Of a stretch of DNA of 18,348 bases, positions 8,211 to 15,993 are shown piece by piece. Positions within the stretch are counted from its first letter, which is position 1. Every line of letters starts with the position of its first letter. This DNA is from Candidatus Bathyarchaeia archaeon (GTDB lineage Archaea; Thermoproteota; Bathyarchaeia; 40CM-2-53-6): assembly GCA_049517415.1 (NCBI GenBank), contig JBEKSC010000035.1, positions 1-18,348 on the forward strand, in the 5' to 3' direction. The notes below the pieces were generated by a model that did no database searches, had not been told where the DNA came from, and was given only the letters and a program-made list of their open reading frames with translations. The position numbers and the translations under genes were made by a program.

Positions 8211-9002
8211 TTAGAAAAGTCGTGGTATTTGGATAGGTGGTATTTGGAACGGGATTATTAGATTCGGCAATGGCACTTTGAAGTATACGTAGAGAGCCAA
8301 GCCTAAGCCCATGAATGTTGCGAGAATAACGAGGTAATCAGCTGCTCGCATTTTGAGTGTCACGATAGCGGTTCTATTTTCAGTCGCACCGAAAGCTCGA
8401 GATTCCAGGGCCTCGGCCAGCTCTACGCTTCTCCTGATTGCGGAGATTATGAGGGGGATAAGAATTGGGACGTAGTTCCGAATGCGTTTCATCAAATTCC
8501 CCTTGTCAAGTTCCAGACCCCTAGAACGCTGAGCATCAACAACAGTTTGTGCGTCCACAGCCATCGTAGGCACAAGTCGCACGGCAGTTGTGAAAGTGAA
8601 TGAGATTGAGTATGGAACATGTATTTGTTCAAGCGCGAGGCCGAGGTCGTCAGCCGATGTTGTCATGAAGAAGAAGGAGAAAGCGGACATTATCGCGAGG
8701 AATCTGATTGCGAAGGCTAACGAGGTTACTATGGGCGTTCCAAAAATCAGGTTCATCACGAATATGAAGACGAAGAAGAACAACCCGCCTCGCAGAGAGC
8801 GAAGCCACCGTTTCCCACTCTTAGCCAGAAGAATACCGGGCACTTGTGTGAAGAAAATCACTAGTAGCACAATGATGTTAGTATAAAGTAATGAGGCAAC
8901 GAAGAAGCCGAGTGTGAGGATGAATTTGGCTCTGGGGTCAAGCCTGTGAATGGGGCTGTCCATCCTCGTGAACTTGAATCCTTCCACAAACCTCAAAGAC
9001 AA
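8211..9002 (-). CDS. ecfT: ECF transporter transmembrane component T
   Basis: SPIHRLDPRAK, AQRSRG and ALESRAF (the two conserved Arg motifs). Start TTG at 9002 is preceded by an SD-like GGTGA. Confidence 0.9.
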   Translation of the reverse strand: MSLRFVEGFKFTRMDSPIHRLDPRAKFILTLGFFVASLLYTNIIVLLVIFFTQVPGILLAKSGKRWLRSLRGGLFFFVFIFVMNLIFGTPIVTSLAFAIRFLAIMSAFSFFFMTTSADDLGLALEQIHVPYSISFTFTTAVRLVPTMAVDAQTVVDAQRSRGLELDKGNLMKRIRNYVPILIPLIISAIRRSVELAEALESRAFGATENRTAIVTLKMRAADYLVILATFMGLGLALYVYFKVPLPNLIIPFQIPPIQIPRLF

Positions 9003-9009
9003 GCTGTTT

Positions 9010-9858
9010 TCACCGCCTCTGGGTTGGCGCCCGCGCCTCAAGTTTTTCCTTCAATTTTCCTGAGAGAAATCCTCCGGCAGAATACGCGTCTATAATGTTA
9101 GGTGGCGGGTTGAGATCCTTTAGGTTCTTCATCAGGGAGGCAATTTGCGGCATAACTAGGGATGCTTGCTCAACTACTTGCGTGTTCGTTAAGATTTGGG
9201 CCGTCGGACCGTCCGCAATGATTTTTCCACGAGAGAGCAAAACCACTCGGGGTTTGCATTCCGCGACAAACTCAACATCATGTGTCACTATGACCACGGC
9301 CTTTCCTTGCGATATGATTTGAACGATGAAGTTGCGCAGGTGGTCCTTCTGCAAGTAATCTTGGCCAATGGTCGGTTCATCCATCACCACATGCTTCGGG
9401 TCCCAGGCAAGAACCGCGGCGAGGGCAACGCGTTTTCGTTCTCCGCCGCTAAGAACAAAGGGCGAAGACTTTTCGTACCGGTTCAGGTCCAAGGTGGTGA
9501 GTAGGCTTGTAACTCTCTTCTGGATAGTGTCTTCCTTGAAACCAAAGTTTCTAAGTGAGAAGGCCAACTCGTCGGCCACGGTCTCAGCGAACAATTGGTG
9601 GTCGGGGTTTTGAAATATGAGGCCTACGTCCCTTGAAAGCTGCGCAACCGATTTCTCACGTGTGTTAACTCCGTCAACAAGTACGGTTCCTTCCGTAGGT
9701 TTTAGGAGGCCGTTGAACATCTTGACCAGCGTTGTCTTTCCCGCACCGTTCTCTCCCATTATCGCAACGAATTCGCCATCTTTGATCTCTAGATTCACGT
9801 TCTGAAGAACTTCCGATCCGGCCGTGTAGTGGAAGCTGACGTTTTCGGTTGAAATCAT
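9010..9858 (-). CDS. ecfA2: ECF transporter ATPase (EcfA2/CbiO-like)
   Basis: Walker A GENGAGKT, FQNPDHQLF Q-helix, LSGGERKR, MDEPT, THD. Confidence 0.92.
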   Translation of the reverse strand: MISTENVSFHYTAGSEVLQNVNLEIKDGEFVAIMGENGAGKTTLVKMFNGLLKPTEGTVLVDGVNTREKSVAQLSRDVGLIFQNPDHQLFAETVADELAFSLRNFGFKEDTIQKRVTSLLTTLDLNRYEKSSPFVLSGGERKRVALAAVLAWDPKHVVMDEPTIGQDYLQKDHLRNFIVQIISQGKAVVIVTHDVEFVAECKPRVVLLSRGKIIADGPTAQILTNTQVVEQASLVMPQIASLMKNLKDLNPPPNIIDAYSAGGFLSGKLKEKLEARAPTQRR

Positions 9859-10694
9859 TGGGGTAAAAGCCTCTTTAATTCGGCGGATGCTTCCTCAACT
9901 GTGATTGGGTTGTTTACGTCAAAGCCGTCCTTTCGCAGAAGATGGAAAAGCATGGTAACTTTCGGAAGGCCAATCCCGATCAGTCGTGCCTCGTCATTGT
10001 AGACTTCCCTAGGTGTCCCGTCCAACGCTATTTTTCCATTATCCATCACGACGACTCTGTTCGCGTACCTTGACACCACGTCAAGCCTGTGCTCGACGAG
10101 TAGGGTGGTCAGATGGAGTTCGCGGTTGAGTTTGGCTATGATTTCGACGATATCTTCTGCCGATTTAGGGTCAAGGAAGGAAGTAGGCTCGTCTAGGACA
10201 AGCACGCTGGGGCGCATGGCAAGGACGCCTGCGATGGCTGCGCGTTGTTGTTGGCCTCCTGAAAGTTCGTACGGGGCCTTGTTACGTAGCTCAAAGATGC
10301 CTGTCGCTTTCATTGCCCAATTGACTCTTTCAATAGCCTCTTCTTTGGCGACGCCTAGGTTCTCCAAGCCGAATGCGACGTCCCTCTCAACGGAGAGCGA
10401 GAAGAGTTGGTTCTCAGGGTTTTGGAAGACGAACCCAACGTGAGTCGCCAGCTCCGCCGTAGACCGTCCTTCGATATTTAGCCCGTCGACTAGCAGGCCG
10501 CCCCTCAATTCGCCGGAGTAGAAATTCGGGATTAATCCGTTGAGGCATCTGCAGAGCGTTGTTTTGCCGCAGCCGCTCGGGCCTGTGAGGATTACGAATT
10601 CGCCTTTCTCAATTGATAAGTTGACGTCTTCCATCGACGGCTTTTCGGCGCCCGCATAGGTGAATGAGAGCTTCTTGGCTTCGATTGCCGGCAA
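9855..10694 (-). CDS. ecfA1: ECF transporter ATPase (EcfA1/CbiO-like)
   Basis: GPSGCGKT, FQNPENQLF, LSGGQQQR, LDEPT, EHR. 4-bp overlap with the next gene. Confidence 0.92.
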   Translation of the reverse strand: MPAIEAKKLSFTYAGAEKPSMEDVNLSIEKGEFVILTGPSGCGKTTLCRCLNGLIPNFYSGELRGGLLVDGLNIEGRSTAELATHVGFVFQNPENQLFSLSVERDVAFGLENLGVAKEEAIERVNWAMKATGIFELRNKAPYELSGGQQQRAAIAGVLAMRPSVLVLDEPTSFLDPKSAEDIVEIIAKLNRELHLTTLLVEHRLDVVSRYANRVVVMDNGKIALDGTPREVYNDEARLIGIGLPKVTMLFHLLRKDGFDVNNPITVEEASAELKRLLPQ

Positions 10695-10719
10695 CGGAAT
10701 AGGCCCCTACTCTTCCATC

Positions 10720-11778
10720 TCATCCTTGCGTAATTACGCTTGATTGGAATGAAGCCTGCGGATTACCGAGTGTCGTTGTATTAGGTTTTGGGGGGCGCGA
10801 GAAAAATTCTCGAACCAAAGCTAATGAAATTCTTAGCGCATCATTCACCTCACCTTTCACGTTCGCGCCCGCTGCCGTCGCATGCCCTCCGCCCATACCG
10901 TTCATGCGCACGCCCAGCGGGTTTGCCAAGTCCGTTCCGATATGCATCCCTGTTTCAGATGAGAATTCCTTAGTTGCACGGAAACTGACCGTCAAATCGT
11001 CGTTCCTCTTTCCAGCAACTATCGCCAGGTGGGCTCCCAGCGCAATTAGGGCCCTTGCTGCTGAGGCATGGTAAGATCCGACTTCCGATAGCGCCACTAC
11101 CCACGTGCCGGCGCGTTCCATTCTCACTCTCTGTGCTGATTTGATGCGGGCGATTCTCTCGGATTCATCCATCGTGGCTCGCGTAACCTCTCTCGCTTTC
11201 TCCGGGTCCGCACCTAAGCGAACCAAGGTATACGCGGATTCGAATGTTCGGCGTGTTGCAATCGACAAATGTCCAGTCTCCACCAGCAACCCGGCCAGAA
11301 GCGCTTGGCAGACAGCCCGGTTAGGCAAAAGGTGCGATTGCTTGTACATGTCGAGGATCATTTCGCACGTTGACGTTGCCTTATCATCGCAAATGACGAA
11401 TGTTGCCGTTTTTGTGTTCTCGGGGTGGGGTGCGTGGTGGTCTATCATTACCAAAGGTTTGCCGGATTGAAGAACTGGCTCCTGAAGTTCGCCGAGCTGC
11501 TGAAGTGTGTTCGTGTCAACTGTAACGGTAAGGTCCACGCTTGACATCTCGGGGTGCTCGGTAACCTCAAGTGGAACGGTCTGGAGGATTTGTTTCGACA
11601 GTTTGCTCACGCCGGCGGGAGAAGCGAAAGTAATCTTAACTTTCCTGTTAAGGCGCCTAACGAGAACCGTAAATGCGTATGCCGAGCAAACGGCGTCGGG
11701 GTCGGAGTTTTGATGGCCGATTATTAGGACTGATTTTGCCTTCCGAATCAGTTTGATTAGGCGGGGATATCCTCGCAA
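10720..11778 (-). CDS. DHH/DHHA1 family phosphoesterase (NrnA-like)
   Basis: GHQNSDPDA, TVDT, MIDHH, C-terminal GGGHATAAG. Confidence 0.9.
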   Translation of the reverse strand: MRGYPRLIKLIRKAKSVLIIGHQNSDPDAVCSAYAFTVLVRRLNRKVKITFASPAGVSKLSKQILQTVPLEVTEHPEMSSVDLTVTVDTNTLQQLGELQEPVLQSGKPLVMIDHHAPHPENTKTATFVICDDKATSTCEMILDMYKQSHLLPNRAVCQALLAGLLVETGHLSIATRRTFESAYTLVRLGADPEKAREVTRATMDESERIARIKSAQRVRMERAGTWVVALSEVGSYHASAARALIALGAHLAIVAGKRNDDLTVSFRATKEFSSETGMHIGTDLANPLGVRMNGMGGGHATAAGANVKGEVNDALRISLALVREFFSRPPKPNTTTLGNPQASFQSSVITQG

Positions 11779-12059
11779 AGGTTAAGCTCCCTAGCTTTCG
11801 CATCCGCTGCCGAGAACGCCATGTTGGTCGCCTCTTCTACAAGGGCCTCCAAATCCAGATCGCCACTCTCGAGCTCAATCGCTACATCAATAGATACAAC
11901 CAGTGGCTTGTCGCCCACCGCCTCAATCGTTACGTCGAGGTCGCTGATTTGCTTCACAGAAATCTTGGACAACAGGTGTTTTCGCGCAGCTTCTTGCGCG
12001 GCTTCGCATATTTGTTCAACTTCTTCTGCTGTTGGTTTTCTCTTGAACTCAATACTCAT
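11757..12059 (-). CDS. DUF3194-like small acidic archaeal protein
   Basis: 100 aa acidic protein directly downstream of prefoldin beta, a typical position for this family. Pattern E.A.EAA..h......DLDV.I.......v.IDV.IE. Confidence 0.7.
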   Translation of the reverse strand: MSIEFKRKPTAEEVEQICEAAQEAARKHLLSKISVKQISDLDVTIEAVGDKPLVVSIDVAIELESGDLDLEALVEEATNMAFSAADAKARELNLCEDIPA

Positions 12060-12101
12060 TGTGATTACTCCTTGAAACGGCGTGGAGTTGGAGTGGCGGC
12101 C

Positions 12102-12473
12102 TTATGGCGGTGTGGGATGTCTGGGTCCCTGAAGCCGTTCCTGAAGCTTCTCTTGGGCTTCTTTCAACCTCTCCCTAGTCCTTTCTTCTTGTTTTCCGAG
12201 GACCGTGACTCGTGTCGTCAGAAGCTCTTTTCGTTCCTTCAGTTCGGTTAGCAGGTTCTGCCTATTGGATTTGACAAGTATGCTACCCACGCTTTTGTAG
12301 ACAGGTGTTTCGTCAGTTGATTTCTCAAGTTCAGCTAAGGCTTTGTCAGTCTCATTCAATTCGGCGTCCAGTTGCTGCTTTTGCGATGCTACAGACTGGA
12401 GCGTTTGTTGAAGTTGTTGGAAACGAACCAGTTGCTCTTGAACTTGCGGTGGTAGCTCTACTTCTTCGCCCAA
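12102..12473 (-). CDS. pfdB: Prefoldin subunit beta
   Basis: ELPPQVQEQL..FQQLQQ, coiled coils flanking the VYKSVGSILVK beta-hairpin. Confidence 0.95.
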   Translation of the reverse strand: MGEEVELPPQVQEQLVRFQQLQQTLQSVASQKQQLDAELNETDKALAELEKSTDETPVYKSVGSILVKSNRQNLLTELKERKELLTTRVTVLGKQEERTRERLKEAQEKLQERLQGPRHPTPP

Positions 12474-12610
12474 AACTTATACCTTCATAACTCGCGCGAA
12501 TTCGCGTAGCCATAAGACGGCCGCTAATTAAGCATTTCAGACCTGCCAGCACTTTTCCTCAACTCTCAAAGCTAAATCCAAAGCCCGTCCAACAGCCCAT
12601 TGATCATGAG

Positions 12611-12931
12611 ATGATAACGAACAGCGGCAGGCACATACAGATAGTGGAAAAGCGCTTTTGCTCGAAGTGCAACCTCTTCACCGACCAAATTTGTCACAAG
12701 GTCCGGTACCAAGACAACGAAGCCCAAGCCGGAACACTGATCAAAAAGAGTAACTGGGTCTGCCCCACTTGCCTCACCGACACAGAAAACGTGAAGGTAC
12801 AGCCTCTACCAAGCGACAAAGTGAGAATCATAAACAGAATACTCAAGATGCAAGACGACTACGCAATCCAATCCATGAGCATCTCATCACAACCGGAGAA
12901 GTTAGTTGTCGAGATAACCATCAAAGAATAG
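12611..12931 (+). CDS. Hypothetical zinc-ribbon protein
   Basis: FCSKC...WVCPTC (two CxxC), 106 aa, plausible composition, divergent from pfdB. Confidence 0.65.
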   Translation: MITNSGRHIQIVEKRFCSKCNLFTDQICHKVRYQDNEAQAGTLIKKSNWVCPTCLTDTENVKVQPLPSDKVRIINRILKMQDDYAIQSMSISSQPEKLVVEITIKE

Positions 12932-12949
12932 CCAAGGCCAACGCACATC

Positions 12950-13403
12950 GGTTCTGTTAAGTTCTAGGGTGTTGGTTTGACTGTTAAGCATGGAGTTGTC
13001 GAGGATGCCTCAAGTTCCGTTGTATAAGGCTCTGTCAAAAATTGAAGGGTTCGGAGCGTTTGCCTCACGACGAATAGAGAAGAAATCTCAAATTGCGGTT
13101 TGGGATGGACCTTATGCCCACGAACTGCCGAATGATGCGTCTGCGAAATACTACTTGTATGTTAGACCGCATGTATACCTCGTAGGCTTCGGGGGAGATT
13201 ACCCAGAATCTTTCATCAATCATTCCTCTAATCCGAATAGCAAAATAGTTTGGAACGGTGATATCGCGATTCTTGTTGCAATACGTGATATTGAACGGAA
13301 CGAAGAAGTTACATTTGATTATGGGTTTGTGCCATGATGCTGTAATCTCATTATCACCCGAAGGTTAACAAGGATGCCGAACAACCATCGACTTAACAGA
13401 CCG
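12950..13403. mobile_element. Non-autonomous TIR-bounded cassette carrying a SET-domain gene
   Basis: Left end GGTTCTGTTAAGT...GG.TGTT.G...TGTTAA versus right end (reverse complement) CGGTCTGTTAAGT...GG.TGTT.G...TGTTAA. Exact 8-bp flanking direct repeat CGCACATC at 12942-12949 and 13404-13411. Confidence 0.72.
12990..13337 (+). CDS. SET-domain protein-lysine methyltransferase (minimal)
   Basis: SKIEGFGAFASRRI (motif I), FINHSSNPN, AIRDIERNEEVTFDYG. No post-SET cysteines. Alternative start at ATG 13005. Confidence 0.88.
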   Translation: MELSRMPQVPLYKALSKIEGFGAFASRRIEKKSQIAVWDGPYAHELPNDASAKYYLYVRPHVYLVGFGGDYPESFINHSSNPNSKIVWNGDIAILVAIRDIERNEEVTFDYGFVP

Positions 13404-13470
13404 CGCACATCCCCCTCTTTTAATCCAGGGAGCAAAGAATACGAGGCGTGACGTTTCGAGGAATCGTCGA

Positions 13471-14580
13471 ATGCCTGATTTAGTCAAAAAGAACATCGAG
13501 ATAGACGATGAGACAGGAGCCATAAGCGGATCCCTCACCTACGCGAACGCGAAGGTTCCTGTCCCCAACAAGTTCGCAACCACAACTGAATTGAACGCAA
13601 CTAAATTGGTTGGGTTAAAGCAAGATTTCCCAACCGAAATTGTAATCGCGGGAAAATTGATCTACCCCGAGACGCTGAAACGTATCTTGAAGGAGGAGGA
13701 ATTCCTAAAAGAGTTCGCGAGGCGGCTAGCTCGGGAGACCTCAACTCATGAAGACGCGTTGAGCATGCTCTTTCTCGTACTGAAGGGCGAAGCCGCGGTT
13801 GTTGAATCAAGCGACTTGCGGACGGTTCTCGACCTCCAATATTTCTCCGACATGGACGTAGTCACTGTCCAACAGAGCCCAGGCGTGTCGTCCAAGGACT
13901 TCTTCGTCCTCTACCGTTTTGCTGAACGGTGGCTGGATAACAGGGGCTTGGACAAGCCGCTCATGCCGGTCTTGACACCTACTGAGACGAAACAGGAGTT
14001 CGATAAGACTCTGGGGCAGGTGTTGAAGAGGGGTAGCAAACTGATTGGATTTGACATGAGGGGAGGGTTCTACTACCAAGCTCTTCGCTCATTAGAGGAG
14101 GCGAAGAAGAAGGATCCGAGCCTCTGGGTTCATGTATTCCAGGTTCCGCCGAAGATTCGCTTCGCTAGGAGCATGCTTCGTTGCTCGGAGGGTATGATGC
14201 TCCCACTCTTTGGGGTAGACAGTTTCAACAGGTGGGTTGTACCGCCCCCACCCGTTCCGCTCACGAAGGACAAGATCAACAGGTTCGATTCCACAAACTG
14301 GGGAGTCTTCAAACGAAAGGAATGGACGGAACAGTACGGCCCAACCTTACACTGCACGTGCCCCATGTGCAGCAAACAGAAGCTCCCCACTTTCTACTTA
14401 GGGCAGGTGCTAACAGTTTTGGGAAGGAGTAAGGTCCACGACCACTACGCTCAACGTGAACAACTCCTGCAATTATCGTCCCACGTGAAGAGCGGAAACG
14501 TGAAGAGCTTCGTTTCCAGGAAGAAGTATCCAAAGGATTTTCTCGCGCAGGTAGCCAAGTCGGAATCAGAGGCGGGCTAA
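13471..14580 (+). CDS. tRNA-guanine transglycosylase (TGT)-fold protein, divergent
   Basis: N-terminal GSLT.....VPVPN (cf. G.l.t..g.i.TP), WVHVF, FGVDSFN (cf. GvDxFD), C-terminal zinc site CTCPMC...H. Confidence 0.6.
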   Translation: MPDLVKKNIEIDDETGAISGSLTYANAKVPVPNKFATTTELNATKLVGLKQDFPTEIVIAGKLIYPETLKRILKEEEFLKEFARRLARETSTHEDALSMLFLVLKGEAAVVESSDLRTVLDLQYFSDMDVVTVQQSPGVSSKDFFVLYRFAERWLDNRGLDKPLMPVLTPTETKQEFDKTLGQVLKRGSKLIGFDMRGGFYYQALRSLEEAKKKDPSLWVHVFQVPPKIRFARSMLRCSEGMMLPLFGVDSFNRWVVPPPPVPLTKDKINRFDSTNWGVFKRKEWTEQYGPTLHCTCPMCSKQKLPTFYLGQVLTVLGRSKVHDHYAQREQLLQLSSHVKSGNVKSFVSRKKYPKDFLAQVAKSESEAG

Positions 14581-15197
14581 AGTTTCGCCTCAGCCATCTT
14601 AGTCATCAAGGCTCGAAGGTCAACCTCTGAGTTCGTTCTCCAGCCCAGCGCCATCACACCTGCATCATCTTCCTCGAGGTATCCTGTTCGAAGGAATACG
14701 TCGACAAGTGTTGCGGCTTTCCAGCGGCCGAACTTGTGGGCGAGCAGTTTCTCTATCTCTTCGCGTGGGGCCTTGCCCTGCTTGGAGACTAAGTATGCAA
14801 GGGATGCGCTTAGGGCCGCTAGGTTGTCGACTCGCCAACCAATCATCTTCGCTTCCTTCAGGCCTAAGGTCCCCTTCAGAATGACTTGATACCTAGCTTC
14901 TTCAAGTGGAACGCCTTCAGGCGTAATCTCACCTGTCGAAGTTTCCTTCACTTTCTTAATCTCCAAATCCAGTTCGGCTAATAGTTGGTTCAACTGTTCG
15001 AGGACCTGTTCGTAATTCTTCCCCAACTTCTCCTTTAGCTCCCAATCCTTGGCGCCGGGCATTTTGCCGCGGCGGAAGAGAAGTAGGTGCACTGCACGTT
15101 TCAGTTTGTCAGAGTAGAAACTCTTAGTTTCAGTCTTCGTCTCCGTTGTTCCGGTGGTTTCAGTAGATTTTACTTCAGTGGGCTCCGTTGTTGCCAA
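14577..15197 (-). CDS. KITE (tandem winged-helix) SMC accessory subunit, Nse1/Nse3(MAGE)-like
   Basis: KLKRAVHLLLFR...ELKEKLGKNYEQVLEQLNQLLAELDLEIKKV (WH-A) and FLRTGYLEE...LGWRTNSEV (WH-B). Third gene of the smc-kleisin operon. Confidence 0.7.
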   Translation of the reverse strand: MATTEPTEVKSTETTGTTETKTETKSFYSDKLKRAVHLLLFRRGKMPGAKDWELKEKLGKNYEQVLEQLNQLLAELDLEIKKVKETSTGEITPEGVPLEEARYQVILKGTLGLKEAKMIGWRVDNLAALSASLAYLVSKQGKAPREEIEKLLAHKFGRWKAATLVDVFLRTGYLEEDDAGVMALGWRTNSEVDLRALMTKMAEAKL

Positions 15198-15202
15198 CTA
15201 TC

Positions 15203-15991
15203 TCATGCCCCTTTCGGAATCGGTATGGGAAAGCTAACGCCACCCTCAATCGCCTTCTTTGAAGGTTCATCCATCGGAATTAGCAGCATTTGCTCCCCCT
15301 CGGTTTGGAGTTTGGCGTAGCCGTAGGTTACGAGGAAGCTTACGAAGTAAGCCCTCTGGACCGTTTCGTGGTATGACTGCGCATGAACGAATTTCCAATA
15401 TTCAACTGGTTTCTGGTCTATGTACTGGGCTCGAAGTTCTTCCCAGAGTGAAGTTAGCAGTTTCCCGAAATCTTCCCCATGTATTCCCAAGCCTGACAGA
15501 ATGGAAGAGTCGGCGGTGTCAGGTTTCTTGCCGCCCGAGTAATCCCTGCGTTTCCACCTCTCTGCGATAGGTAGGAGCAGGTTCCAGTAGTCGAGCGATA
15601 GCGTGACGGCTTCGTTCGTTAGCTGTTCTAGTTCTGCTAGCGGATGCCAACTCTGAAGGAACACTTCGGCCAGCCGTTTCTCGCTCATTCGCTCAACTTT
15701 CCGTGTGATGAATTCGGGCTCGGCATAGAGTGCGCTGGATTGGAACTTGAGCTGGGTGTTCTGGAGGCGGACGACCTCCGAGAGTCTGTTGAGTGTGTGT
15801 GCGTCGAGGCAGTGGTCGTCGAAGCTCTCCCAATGTGGGAAATACTCACGAAGGGTTTCCACTCCGAGTTTGACGTCCATGAAGAAGGGGTTGAATTTCC
15901 TATCCGAAATCGCTTCGCAGGTCTCAATGATCTCCTCCAGCTCCTTTCTGCCCGATGCGAGCGTGCGCCTTCCTTTGGGTTTCTCTGTCAA
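15203..15991 (-). CDS. Kleisin (ScpA/Nse4-like)
   Basis: N-terminal NPFFMDVK...LREY...LSEVVRLQ resembles the ScpA DPwdidi helical domain. C-terminal VEYWKFV...SYHETVQRAYFVSFLVTYG resembles the Nse4 cWH. Starts 2 bp after the smc stop. Confidence 0.72.
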   Translation of the reverse strand: MTEKPKGRRTLASGRKELEEIIETCEAISDRKFNPFFMDVKLGVETLREYFPHWESFDDHCLDAHTLNRLSEVVRLQNTQLKFQSSALYAEPEFITRKVERMSEKRLAEVFLQSWHPLAELEQLTNEAVTLSLDYWNLLLPIAERWKRRDYSGGKKPDTADSSILSGLGIHGEDFGKLLTSLWEELRAQYIDQKPVEYWKFVHAQSYHETVQRAYFVSFLVTYGYAKLQTEGEQMLLIPMDEPSKKAIEGGVSFPIPIPKGA

Positions 15992-15993
15992 GG

